From: a virus
Length of the DNA stretch: 64,000 nucleotides
Virus record (IMG/VR): IMGVR_UViG_3300045988_176431
Location: 160,001-224,000 of that record
Reading direction: 5' to 3' (one strand)
Below, piece by piece: positions 45,562 through 55,771 of this stretch. The notes under the pieces were generated by a model that did not search any database, was not told the DNA's origin, and worked only from the letters and a program-made list of their open reading frames with translations. The translations under genes and the position numbers were made by a program. Within the stretch, counting starts at the first letter, position 1. The number at the start of each line of letters is the position of its first letter.

Positions 45562-47853
45562 ATGGTAACTGTTGGTATAGTATCCTTTATCTGTGATATT
45601 TTCAATTTCACCAAACTTCTCTTTATCAATTTCAGCAAAGCGATAACAAAGACTTTCTGCTGGTGTACCATATAAACCAAATCCTAATCCTGTTTCTTTT
45701 TTCCATTTATCAACAGTTTGCTTTAAATATTTCATAACTCGTAAAGCAAACTCATGACCAACTTCTGTTGTATGACTTACACCTTTCATAGCAATTGTTG
45801 TTTCATATACTCCTATATACCCAAGTGAAATAGTAGCATAACCATTTTGTAATAATTTATTAATTTTTTCACCCGGTTTTAATCTAGCAATAGCACCGTA
45901 TTGCCAATGAATTGGTGAAATATCACTCGGAGTATCTAAAAGATTTTTATATCGACAAATAAGTGCTTTCTTACAAAGTTTAAGTCTTTCATCTAATAAT
46001 CTCCAAAATACTTTTTCATCACCATTAGCAATAATACCAATTTGTGGAAGATTAATTGATACCACACCCATATTAAAGCGTCCTTCCCATTTATAATTAC
46101 CATTTTCATCTTTCCATGGTGATAAGAATGAACGACAATTATGGGAATACATACCATTTACCTCAAAATGATCGGATTCTGTTTCTACGTCATAACTATC
46201 CATAGAAATTCCTGTCATCATAGAGATTTTTTCAATTTCAACCTTTGTAATATTTGCTTTCTTATTTTTGTCTTCTTCATTATTATAATAGACTTTATCT
46301 CCAATTTTGAGATCCAATCCATAAGTTCTTCCTTTTTCTACAACAACAAATGGATGATCTGTTGTACAATAAATATTTACTTTATTATCCAATCGTACTT
46401 TCATCCAATTATTTACATTATAATTTTTAATTACTTTCTTTACACGAACCCATCCATCCATTGTATCATAAATATAAAGTTCTGGAACTTCCATATACAA
46501 ATGAGGAGATTCTTTTCCATTGATAATTTCTTGTGGAATTTCTTTATTTTCTTTTTTCAATTCTTTCCACATAAATTCAAAAGTTCCTCTTTTTTCTTCT
46601 CCTTTATATTTATAATGAATTTGGGATTTACCGCTTACACATCCCATACAAGAAAATACTTCACCCTCATAATTTTCTCTCATTTTCTTTGCTGAGATGT
46701 AATCTGGATACAATCGTTTTGCTGTACATTTAATCGCATCCTTTGTAATATAATGATATTTACCACCAGGCATTGTATTATCATCCAAAACATAAATTAA
46801 TTTTGGAAATGCTGGTGTAATATAAACACCTTTTTCATTCTTAATTCCTTCATATCGTTGTTTAATAATCTCTTGAATAATCATTGCTGAATAATCTTCA
46901 TAAGGATCATTATCATCGATGTGCATAAATAAAGTTACAAACGGGCTTTGACCGTTAGTTGTCATCAACGAATTTATTTGATATTGAATCGTCTGTACTC
47001 CATCTTTTAATTCATCTTGTAATCGAACATAAGCAGATGATTCAATAGCTTTTTCTTTTTGCTCTTCATTTTCAAAATTCCATAATTCTGGATTTGAATC
47101 AATTTCTTCTCTTATCTTTCGTCTATGTTTATCATGACTAATTTTTAGATATTTTCCTAAATGTTTTACACTTACACTCTGTCCTCCATATTGATTACTT
47201 GCTACTGCAGCGATAATCTGAGTCATAACTGTACAAGCAACTCGGAAACTTTTTGGAGATTCAATTAATTTTCCATTCATAACCGTTCCATTATCTAACA
47301 TATCTTTGATATTGATAAGGCAACAATTAAATTCATTTTGTAAGTAATAATCCATATCATGGAAATGAAGGATTCCTTCTTCATGTGCCTCCACAATATC
47401 TTTTGGAAGAAGTACACGTTTTGACAAATCCTTACTTACTTCACCTGCAATTAAATCTCTTTGTGTAGAAAGAACGGTTGCATTTTTATTTGAATTCTCT
47501 TCCATTAAGGTTTTATTTTTTTGTCGGATTAACGAAAGAATTGATTCATCTGTTGTGTTTACTTTTCTAGCAATTTCACGAGTATATCGATAAATAATAT
47601 ATTTTTTTGCTAACTCATATTTACCGAATTTTTCCACCATAGTTTTTTCAATAATATCTTGAATTTCTTCTACAGTAATTTTATTATTTTCTTTTTTTAT
47701 TCCAGATTTTTTTACAATAGAGAGAATAATGTTAATTTCAGACATTGTAACACGATTATTCTCTGACACCTCTTTATTTGCTTTCTGGATTGCAGATACG
47801 ATTTTGTTTTCATCATAAACAACTTCGCGTCCATCTCGTTTTATTACTACCAT
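45562..47853 (-). CDS. nrdD: Anaerobic ribonucleoside-triphosphate reductase, exon 1 (ATP-cone plus catalytic barrel, includes an intein)
   Basis: The N-terminal VIKRDGREVVYDENKIVSAI is an ATP-cone. Also GILHFHDMDY, NLPQIG, GLYGTPAES and GYYTNSYH. The frame ends at TGA directly after the conserved YTNS[FY]H. Confidence 0.9.
46138..46641 (-). mobile_element. 168-aa mini-intein inside nrdD
   Basis: The extein context FSCMG|C...HN|CRSFLSPW restores the conserved NrdD MGCRSFL. The intein starts CVSGKSQI, has TTDH (block B TxxH), and ends DVETESDHFEVNGMYSHN followed by Cys+1. It is too short to hold an endonuclease domain. Confidence 0.75.
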
Positions 47854-48034
47854 ATAAAATAGCCTACCTTTCTTTTATTTTTAGCCTAAAAAATAGATAA
47901 TCTTAAAATCAAAATTATCCGTTAATTCTATGTAAAAATAATTATAAAAAGACAAAAAAATATTTTAATAAGGTTAATAACAAGTGATTATAAAAAAATA
48001 TTAATCATATTTTTTACTTATTTTATACAAGGAA

Positions 48035-48071
48035 AAATTAGTGATACCTATTTTTTAGGTATCACTAATTT
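48035..48071 (-). terminator. Terminator after the tail-fibre block
   Basis: AAATTAGTGATACCTA TTTTT TAGGTATCACTAATTT. Confidence 0.75.
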
Positions 48072-48080
48072 TATTCTTTA

Positions 48081-48914
48081 TTAATTATTTACATTCATTA
48101 AAGTATCAAAATTTTCTTTGTACTTACCAGTTAATGAACCATAAGAATATGTAATCTCATTGATTCGATCCGCTGATTTCATATTTAAAATCTGAGATTG
48201 AAGATGATTAAATAAAGTCGTATTATAAACAACATATTTCATCGCACCAGCATAAACTGCTTTAATCTCATTAGATGTAAATACACGACACATTGTCTTT
48301 GATGAATGATACATAACAATTGCAGATGGATCATTTAATACGGTATCATATAATGATTTAATATTAATTTGATCTGTTTCTGTTAAATCAAAATGTTCTG
48401 TACCAACTGTTGTTTGAAGATCAATACCATGATAAATGGTAGATTTACAAATTTCACTTAATTCTGAAATTTTATTCATCTTAATCAATTCAAGTTTTTT
48501 ATTCTCAAGTTCTGATATTTTGTTTTCATCAAGAATCCATTCATCTTCAGTTATCTCTTTTTCAACTTTTTTTGTGATTATAGAACCAGATTCATCTAAT
48601 TTTACTCGATTACTAACTTCAGTTCCTTCTGGTAAAGAAGAAATCTCATCTTCGGGTACCTTTACTTCTTCTACAATTGTTTCTGTTGTAGGATTTCCAT
48701 CTTTATCAGTGGTTTCTTGTTCTTTAGTTACTTTATAGTAATATTCTAATTCAGGAACTTCTTCTGTGATTGTTTTTGTTACTTTATCATATTTATAACA
48801 TAACTGATTTTCTTCAGGTGGTAGTGATTTTACTAATGTGCCACCAGAAATATCTCCAGTTAAAGAATATGATCCAGTAAAAAATTTATTTTCATCTAAT
48901 AATACTGAAATCAT
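48081..48914 (-). CDS. Fibre-associated protein with a DUF4376-like C-terminal domain
   Basis: Overlaps the fibre gene stop (ATGA). The C-terminal FDLTETDQINIKSLYD...NEIKAVYAGAMKYVVYNTTLFNHLQSQI resembles DUF4376. From memory only. Confidence 0.4.
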   Translation of the reverse strand: MISVLLDENKFFTGSYSLTGDISGGTLVKSLPPEENQLCYKYDKVTKTITEEVPELEYYYKVTKEQETTDKDGNPTTETIVEEVKVPEDEISSLPEGTEVSNRVKLDESGSIITKKVEKEITEDEWILDENKISELENKKLELIKMNKISELSEICKSTIYHGIDLQTTVGTEHFDLTETDQINIKSLYDTVLNDPSAIVMYHSSKTMCRVFTSNEIKAVYAGAMKYVVYNTTLFNHLQSQILNMKSADRINEITYSYGSLTGKYKENFDTLMNVNN

Positions 48915-51883
48915 ACAGACGCACCTCCTTTAATCCCTGTAATTTTTGTAATATAAAAATCGTAATAATTACTACTTGTATTAGTTGTATAGAAAATACC
49001 AAAAGAATTTCTAGTATTAAACCATAATATAGTTTGACAATTATAAGTAGATTTTGACCAATTTCCTGCTTGCATTGAAATTGCATTGGTCGTAATATCT
49101 TTTGGATTAAATGTTTCATATGTTGTAATAGGACGAGGTTCTGTAAAATCTTTATATTCAACACGAATTAAATCGTAATTATCAATTGAATCTGTTAAGT
49201 TATAAAAACTTCCTTTAGTATTTGCTTTACCCTCAAATAATACAGTCTCATTAAATCCAGCATATGAATTATTAATAGTGATATTACTTCCGATTTCAAT
49301 AATCAATATATTTGTTTGCTGTTGAAGACCGATTTTTGTTCCTGAAAATTCAGAAATAAATGGATAAATTACAGTTTCTTTTGTTGTTTTTATAATACCA
49401 GGATGACTAGAACTAGACCATGTTTTTGAAGAGTAATTTTGATAAATATTATTTATAACTTGATACATTGGTACATTATCAGTTTTATTATAAATACTAA
49501 ATGCTGCAAAATTATAAGACTCTGTAACTGCGAATCTAGCATTAAACATTACTAAAAATTTTTTATTTGCTGGTAAAACAATTTCATTATCACTATTAAT
49601 ACTAATACCATTAGCATCAACGTGTCTATTCATTGGAAGTTTTTGATCAATTCCTGCTTTTGTATAATATGTTACATTATAACCAGATGATGTTTCATTT
49701 TCATTCAAAGGATGACATCCATAAAAATAACACACATCACTATTCACTTTTTGAATAATATCCAATTGGTTATTTACATTCACATTAGCCCCTATTTCAA
49801 TAATAGTGATATTTGATCTACCATTTAATTTCGGTGTATTATATGCTTCTGTTACAATTGGATATACTACATGTTCTTTCTCATCTGTTTTGATAATACC
49901 AATAGATTCACCATTTGAATAGTTCAAGGTTGCTTTTTGTGAATATTTAAATTCATCAGCTTCACTTTTTAATGATTTATCTGTTTCATCATATAATTGA
50001 ACGCCAATACATGGTGATGTACTATCACTAGGTCCATTTGCAATTCTGACAGAAATCTTATACATATAGGTTTTATTAGGATTTAATGTAATCTTTCCAG
50101 AGGTACTCACATTAATATTATTTCCATTAATAACTTTTTTCATTGGAACAATAACAGGATTTGTAAGGTCTGGAGAAGAAAAATCTGATGAAACTGTTAA
50201 TGTTTCAGAATAATCCATTCTAGCATGAAGATAATCAGATTTTTTACCCTTAATTTGATCTACTGCAATTTCAGTACTAACCATATTTCTTATTTCTTCT
50301 TTTGTAGGATACTTTGTTAAATCGGTTTTTGGTGCATAAATACCATCTGCTTCAGTTGTAATGATATTTCCATCTTTTTTGGAAACATCAGAAATTCCAC
50401 CACCTGAATTACTATTCCATTTCTTTTTTTCTTCAGCTGTTACATGAATATCATTATTATTTGCATGAAGTTCAAACTTTGTATTCTTAACATAATTTGA
50501 AAATTCTTTAGTAACGGCTTTATTCTGAACAGAATTTGTGCTTGTAGCATTCAGAGTTCCATCAGGTGTAGTTTTAATATTCCATTTTGTTCTTTCATCA
50601 GCAGTAATATGAACTATATTATCACCAACATGCGATTCTAACGATGTTTTATCTGCTTTTTTATCTAAATCAGTTTTTAATGCTTTATTCTTTAAAGCTT
50701 CGTTGATTACTTTGTTCTGAACAGGATTTTTTGAAGTTGAAGATAAAGCTTCATCCACTGATACGACTGGATTAAAACTATCAAATTTTGCATCCACCTC
50801 ATTTTTATTATAAGATTCTTCTTTCGAATAAACTTCATTTTTTGCATAAGTTTCAGTTTTATTATAATAATTATCAAGTTTTAAATCATCTGCACCCGTA
50901 TTCTTCCAACCACCATCTCGATAAATCCATGATTGATATTGAGTTCCTGTTTCACCCTTTTCTAAATAAATATATTCAATAGATGGTGTTTCGATATCAG
51001 TATGACTTTTACCATCTTCAATCACATAAAAATCAATTTTATCTATAGAACTATATTTGGAATCAACATACGCTTTTGCATCTTCTAAAATCTTATTCCA
51101 TTTCTCTTTCTCAGCAGAACTTACATGAAGTAAAGTATTTGTTACATGATCCGTAAAAGTATTTGTATCAATTTTATCTGCTAAATCAGAGGCATCTGCT
51201 TTTTTATTCAATGCTACAGAAACTGCTTTATTAGTAATTGCGTTTTCACTCGTGGAATCAAGTGAGCCATCAATTACAACATCTGATTTCGCATTCCACT
51301 TTGCTCTCTCTTCTGACGTAACATGAGATGTTGTATCAGCTTTATGCAATTCGAATTCTTCTGTGCTAATTTTTGTATCCAAATCCGTTGTATTTGCTTT
51401 TCTATCTAATGCTTTTGATATACCCATTGACGATACAGGATTTTCTGATAATGCTGTAACTTCATCGTCTACTATAACATCTGATTTTTCATTCCATTTC
51501 TTTCTATCTTCTTCACTTATATGAACTGAGATATCATCTATATGTTTTTTGAAATCTGTTTCATTAACTTTTAAAGCAAGCTCTTTTGAAATTGCTTTAT
51601 TCTGAACAGGATTTGTTGAGTTACCATTTAATTCGCTATCTACTATAACACCACCAGCATTCCATTTCTTTCTATCTTCTTCACTTACATGAACATCATT
51701 GTTTTTAATATGATTATCAACTCTTGTTATATTCTCATCATATCCTGTAAGTTTTTCTTCCAAACCAATCACATCATCGATATTATGTGTGTGATTTTCA
51801 TTTAAATAACCAGCTGGGTCTTTTAACATTTTTCCGGACTCATCCCAAACCTCTTTATAACGATTAAATTCTTTTTTCGCCAT
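48911..51883 (-). CDS. Tail fibre protein (paralogue B, 990 aa)
   Basis: The same H-[IV]-[ST]-x-E-[ED]-[RK]-x-K-W-N and S-x-N-P-V-x-x-K-A repeats as 28570..30852. Shares the block KAYVDSKYSSIDKIDFYVIEDG...YIYLEKGETGTQYQSWIYRD...DDLKLDNYYNKTE. The C-terminal half is distinct. Confidence 0.75.
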   Translation of the reverse strand: MAKKEFNRYKEVWDESGKMLKDPAGYLNENHTHNIDDVIGLEEKLTGYDENITRVDNHIKNNDVHVSEEDRKKWNAGGVIVDSELNGNSTNPVQNKAISKELALKVNETDFKKHIDDISVHISEEDRKKWNEKSDVIVDDEVTALSENPVSSMGISKALDRKANTTDLDTKISTEEFELHKADTTSHVTSEERAKWNAKSDVVIDGSLDSTSENAITNKAVSVALNKKADASDLADKIDTNTFTDHVTNTLLHVSSAEKEKWNKILEDAKAYVDSKYSSIDKIDFYVIEDGKSHTDIETPSIEYIYLEKGETGTQYQSWIYRDGGWKNTGADDLKLDNYYNKTETYAKNEVYSKEESYNKNEVDAKFDSFNPVVSVDEALSSTSKNPVQNKVINEALKNKALKTDLDKKADKTSLESHVGDNIVHITADERTKWNIKTTPDGTLNATSTNSVQNKAVTKEFSNYVKNTKFELHANNNDIHVTAEEKKKWNSNSGGGISDVSKKDGNIITTEADGIYAPKTDLTKYPTKEEIRNMVSTEIAVDQIKGKKSDYLHARMDYSETLTVSSDFSSPDLTNPVIVPMKKVINGNNINVSTSGKITLNPNKTYMYKISVRIANGPSDSTSPCIGVQLYDETDKSLKSEADEFKYSQKATLNYSNGESIGIIKTDEKEHVVYPIVTEAYNTPKLNGRSNITIIEIGANVNVNNQLDIIQKVNSDVCYFYGCHPLNENETSSGYNVTYYTKAGIDQKLPMNRHVDANGISINSDNEIVLPANKKFLVMFNARFAVTESYNFAAFSIYNKTDNVPMYQVINNIYQNYSSKTWSSSSHPGIIKTTKETVIYPFISEFSGTKIGLQQQTNILIIEIGSNITINNSYAGFNETVLFEGKANTKGSFYNLTDSIDNYDLIRVEYKDFTEPRPITTYETFNPKDITTNAISMQAGNWSKSTYNCQTILWFNTRNSFGIFYTTNTSSNYYDFYITKITGIKGGASV

Positions 51884-51906
51884 AAGTCAATCACCTACTT
51901 TCTTTT

Positions 51907-52233
51907 TTAATGATGTATACTAACTACTACATCTTCTACTTTTCCTAAGTCGAAATCTAAACTATAATAATCACCCGGATACATTTTAATTTTAAATCCA
52001 TCTGTCATATCAAAAATAGAATTTGGATAACAGATTATTCTGTTTACTCCAAGTTCTTTTGCATCATTAATACTTTCAGATAGTATAGTAACCGTTAAAT
52101 TTTCTAGTTTAAATTTACAATACTTAATGAGATTATTATCTTTATAAAGTTTAATTGCATTACAACTATCACTTCGGTCTGTTATCTGAAGTTCTAATTT
52201 TTCTTTTACGTTTAAAAAACGAATATATGACAT
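51907..52233 (-). CDS. Hypothetical protein
   Basis: 108 aa, lying between two fibre genes. Confidence 0.55.
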   Translation of the reverse strand: MSYIRFLNVKEKLELQITDRSDSCNAIKLYKDNNLIKYCKFKLENLTVTILSESINDAKELGVNRIICYPNSIFDMTDGFKIKMYPGDYYSLDFDLGKVEDVVVSIHH

Positions 52234-52237
52234 TAAA

Positions 52238-52906
52238 TCACTCCTCTATTTGATTAAATTGATATCCATAAACTCCAGTAATAACAAGATTCTCATCATT
52301 ATTATAAATGGTAAGAATATCCTTATTCTCGTTTTTATAGAAAGCGAACACTACAGATTTATCTAAAATCGACAAAGCAACTTTTTTATCATATGAATAA
52401 TTTACTAAACTAACAGATGTCATCATTTCATGATCTTCTGTTTCAGCGTTAACAACAACAAAATCATACCCTTCAATTCGATTTTCTAATTCCGAGAAAT
52501 TCTCAGAAAAAGGAGATGATAATAAAGAATCTTTTTTTATCAAATGATTCCATTGTTGTCTTTCTTTATTTGTGATATGAATGTTATCATCTTTAATATG
52601 TTTTTCTGTTGCATCTTTTTCAGCTTTTTTATTTAATTCTGATTTAATTACTTTAGAAGCAACAGGATTATTTGATTCTGATAAAGTATTATCAACATTT
52701 ACTTTATTCAATGAATTCCATTTCTTTTTTTCTTCAGCAGTTACATGAATATCATTATTCATTGTATGATTTGTAACAGTGGAAGAATCTGCTTTATTAT
52801 TTAATAAAATACTATCTGCTTTTCGATCGAGTGCACGTTTTACAACACTATTTGCAATTGGATTCGTGCTATTAGCAGATAATCTGTAATCTACTTGTGT
52901 ATCCAT
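52238..52906 (-). CDS. Short tail fibre-like protein (paralogue C)
   Basis: NSTNPIANSVVKRALDRKA, NNDIHVTAEEKKKWN and DDNIHITNKERQQWN. Confidence 0.65.
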   Translation of the reverse strand: MDTQVDYRLSANSTNPIANSVVKRALDRKADSILLNNKADSSTVTNHTMNNDIHVTAEEKKKWNSLNKVNVDNTLSESNNPVASKVIKSELNKKAEKDATEKHIKDDNIHITNKERQQWNHLIKKDSLLSSPFSENFSELENRIEGYDFVVVNAETEDHEMMTSVSLVNYSYDKKVALSILDKSVVFAFYKNENKDILTIYNNDENLVITGVYGYQFNQIEE

Positions 52907-53022
52907 ATCTCTTCATTCCTTTCTTTTAAATACTATTAAAATTATGTTTTTCTTCTTTAGATATACGGAATCATATTATTTAAAACGCTTTATTAACAAA
53001 AATAAGAAAGGATTGATTTATT

Positions 53023-53598
53023 ATGAAACAAGAAAAAGTAATTGATGCTATTATAAACAATGATGAAATTGGAGTAATTATGGATGAGAATCCTAATAAT
53101 GCAATAAGTGAAAAGTTTACTCCAAATAATAAAGAAGTTTGCATTCAAAAAAGCAGAGCTATTCCTGTTGAAATAAAGAAAATTGACTCAAATGCAATAA
53201 TACCAACGAGAGGAACTTCTGAGTCTGCTGGAGCAGATTTATATGCAAATATCAATAATCCAATTTCTATTTCGCCACAACAGACAAAAATGATTGGTAC
53301 TGGAATTTCAATGAAAATTCCAGATGGATTTGTTGGTCTTATTTACCCACGAAGCGGTATTTCTGTAAAGAGAGATTTGGCACCAGCAAATAAAGTAGGT
53401 GTTATTGATAGTGATTATCGAGGTGAAATTATGGTAGCTCTTCATAATCATGGTACAACATCAAAAATTATTAATCCAAACGAAAGAATCGCTCAGATTG
53501 TATTTACAGAATATTATGTACCAATATTCAATGAAGTAGAAGAACTTGATGATACTGAGAGAGGAGAGGGTGGATTTGGTTCAACAGGAGCAAAATAA
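53023..53598 (+). CDS. dut: dUTP pyrophosphatase with a ~55-aa N-terminal extension
   Basis: SAGADLYA, PRSG, GVIDSDYRGEI, RIAQIV and RGEGGFGSTG: all five dUTPase motifs. Confidence 0.9.
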   Translation: MKQEKVIDAIINNDEIGVIMDENPNNAISEKFTPNNKEVCIQKSRAIPVEIKKIDSNAIIPTRGTSESAGADLYANINNPISISPQQTKMIGTGISMKIPDGFVGLIYPRSGISVKRDLAPANKVGVIDSDYRGEIMVALHNHGTTSKIINPNERIAQIVFTEYYVPIFNEVEELDDTERGEGGFGSTGAK

Positions 53599-54265
53599 AG
53601 TAATACGAATTGGTTTTGATATTGATAATACAATTACAGATTGTACTAGTGATTCTAGTCAATATGAATATAATATGCTCCAGACATGGAGAACTGATAT
53701 AAAGAAAATTGGACCATATACAGGAAGAGTAAATCCATCTGGTGTAGAATTTTTAGAAAGATATCCTGATATTAATATGATAGAATATCAAGAATTTATG
53801 GAATATTTTTTTCCAAGGATGGTAAAAGAAGCACCATTTCGACAAAATATATCAAAATTATTTGATACCTTACAAGAACCTGGAAAATTTCCTGGTTATA
53901 CAATTAAATGTGATATTATCACAAGAAGAGATGACTATTATCAGGGACCTTATTCAGGACCAATGATGAAACAAGATACAATTGAACGGTTTAAAAATGA
54001 GAAGATTCATTATGACAGAATCTTCTTTAATTGTAAAAATAAGAAAAAAACGATGGAAGAAAATAATATCGATATATTAGTTGATGATTCACCAATGAAT
54101 ATTTTTCAAGTAAGCACAAAATTCCCTGTAATCGTTTGTGCTACAGAATATAATAAAAAGATGATAGGAAAGAATATTTACTTAGTAAGATTAGAAGATT
54201 ATAATCTTTTTATAATGTATGTGTCAATAATACTAGACAAGATGAGTAGAGATGAGAATCGTTAG
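53546..54265 (+). CDS. HAD-superfamily 5'(3')-deoxyribonucleotidase-like protein
   Basis: IGFDIDNTITD is the DxDxT motif. ILVDDSPMNI is motif IV. The true start is uncertain (ATG 53546, or the GTG/TTG near 53570-53576 inside the dut 3' end). Confidence 0.6.
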   Translation: MMILREERVDLVQQEQNKVIRIGFDIDNTITDCTSDSSQYEYNMLQTWRTDIKKIGPYTGRVNPSGVEFLERYPDINMIEYQEFMEYFFPRMVKEAPFRQNISKLFDTLQEPGKFPGYTIKCDIITRRDDYYQGPYSGPMMKQDTIERFKNEKIHYDRIFFNCKNKKKTMEENNIDILVDDSPMNIFQVSTKFPVIVCATEYNKKMIGKNIYLVRLEDYNLFIMYVSIILDKMSRDENR

Positions 54266-54455
54266 AAAAATAATTCATTATGTTTTCTTATGTTTAGGAG
54301 TAACCTTAACATTCTTATCTTTATTTTTATTAATTGCTTTATATTATCTTGGTGGATTAGAAATTTATTTTGAAGAATTCAATTTAATTATTGGATGTGT
54401 ATTAGAAGGGATGATTGGATTAATTTCTTTAATCATATCATCCTTTACAAAATAG
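54252..54455 (+). CDS. Small two-TM membrane protein
   Basis: FLCLGVTLTFLSLFLLIALYYLGGL and IIGCVLEGMIGLISLIISSF. Confidence 0.45.
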   Translation: MRIVRKIIHYVFLCLGVTLTFLSLFLLIALYYLGGLEIYFEEFNLIIGCVLEGMIGLISLIISSFTK

Positions 54456-54458
54456 TGA

Positions 54459-54500
54459 AATTAAGAACAGATACAGAAATTTCTGTATCTGTTCTTAATT
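54459..54500. terminator. Bidirectional terminator, perfect 42-nt palindrome
   Basis: AATTAAGAACAGATACAGAAA|TTTCTGTATCTGTTCTTAATT. Confidence 0.8.
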
Positions 54501-54681
54501 CTTTTATCAATTATTTTTTATTTTTCTTATCATACATTTCTTTATATTTATTTGGTTTTCTTTCTTTTGTTTTTTCATAACGACCAGGTTGTCGTTTTGC
54601 GTGTATTTTTCCAACACCACCCTGATTTAATATTCCTAAACTATCTTTAAAATCAGCATCCTTATAGTTATTAAGAGCTTC

Positions 54682-55743
54682 TTAAATCTTGGAATTTGCA
54701 TTTTTTTTAACAGTTTCAGAGTTTGTTGTATTTTTTATAATACCATATTTATATACATCATCCTCTGCTTGATCTGCTTTCTTATGCATCTCTTTTGCAT
54801 ATCTTGTTGCTTCTGTAGCAACCGTCATCTCAGAAACCATATCGTCTAACATAGTATCTAATTCAAACTCAGCAGATTCTGAAACATTTTTTTGTTCCTT
54901 TCCGAATTTATCATAAGCTTTCTTTCCGCCAATTGATGCAGCAAGTCCTGCAAGAGTTACGATAGCACCAATCTTATGTTTAGAAACAACATTTACACAT
55001 TTGTTATATGTTCTTGATACAAACTGTGCTGCTTTTTTATACTTTGGAACTTCTTCTAGTATTCTTCTTTTTTCTTCTTCAGCTTCCGCTAAGATCTTCT
55101 TTCTTTGAACGTCAAGTTCTTCTTTTGCAAGTTCTTTCATTTTTTTTTCATAAATATCACTTAATTTATCAAGAATATCCCCATGAGTCTGTAATAAATC
55201 ATACATTGTCGGCGATGTAGCCACTGTTTTAAGTTCACCAACAGTAATAAACTTATTGTGATTAATATCGGATTTAAATTTTTCACAAATTCGCCCATCT
55301 TTTTTTATGCAATCATCCATGATATCTTTAGCTTCATCGAATGATTTTGCTTTTAAAATATCTTTAATCGCTTCTTGATTAAGTTTAATCTCTTCTTTCA
55401 TATACTTTGATAATTGCTTTTCATTTGCATAACCTTTGTTAGCAATTTTTTCAATATCTTTAATACCTGCTTTTGAAATCTTGTCAACTGCATGACTCAA
55501 TTTCACCTGCTGAATCTTATTCTGAATAGCCTCTTTAATCTTTTTCAAAGTATTCTTAAATGCTTCAATCATTTTTTTAAAGAATTCTTTTACTTTATCT
55601 ACGCCATCACTGACAGATTCTACCATATACATATCTTCGATATTAGATATATTCATCTGATCGATCATTGCACATTCAAATGTGCCTGTAATTACATCAA
55701 TTTCTTTCAATCCAGTATTTAAAAGTTTTTCATAATCTTTCAT
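54682..55743 (-). CDS. Hypothetical helical protein with a TM segment; member of a loose 4-gene family
   Basis: N-terminal ...MYMVES, then KVKEFFKKMIEAFKNTLKKIKEAIQNKIQQ. TM segment IGAIVTLAGLAASIGG. Confidence 0.6.
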   Translation of the reverse strand: MKDYEKLLNTGLKEIDVITGTFECAMIDQMNISNIEDMYMVESVSDGVDKVKEFFKKMIEAFKNTLKKIKEAIQNKIQQVKLSHAVDKISKAGIKDIEKIANKGYANEKQLSKYMKEEIKLNQEAIKDILKAKSFDEAKDIMDDCIKKDGRICEKFKSDINHNKFITVGELKTVATSPTMYDLLQTHGDILDKLSDIYEKKMKELAKEELDVQRKKILAEAEEEKRRILEEVPKYKKAAQFVSRTYNKCVNVVSKHKIGAIVTLAGLAASIGGKKAYDKFGKEQKNVSESAEFELDTMLDDMVSEMTVATEATRYAKEMHKKADQAEDDVYKYGIIKNTTNSETVKKNANSKI

Positions 55744-55771
55744 AATTCTTTCACACTACCTTTCTTATTTT

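Noticed and set aside
46141-46695. Plus-strand 184-aa ORF inside nrdD, and similar antisense ORFs (e.g. 124..339, 1356..1966, 3990..4295, 7427..7726, 11063..11953, 18161..18634, 26641..26988, 48436..48738)
   Set aside because: They are antisense or out-of-frame to well-supported genes. Their F/I/L/N-rich translations are typical of the AT-rich complement, and they have no RBS.
54395-54580. Plus-strand 61-aa ORF spanning the 42-nt palindromic terminator
   Set aside because: It runs through a perfect terminator hairpin, has no RBS, and overlaps the better-supported two-TM ORF and the minus-strand open frame.
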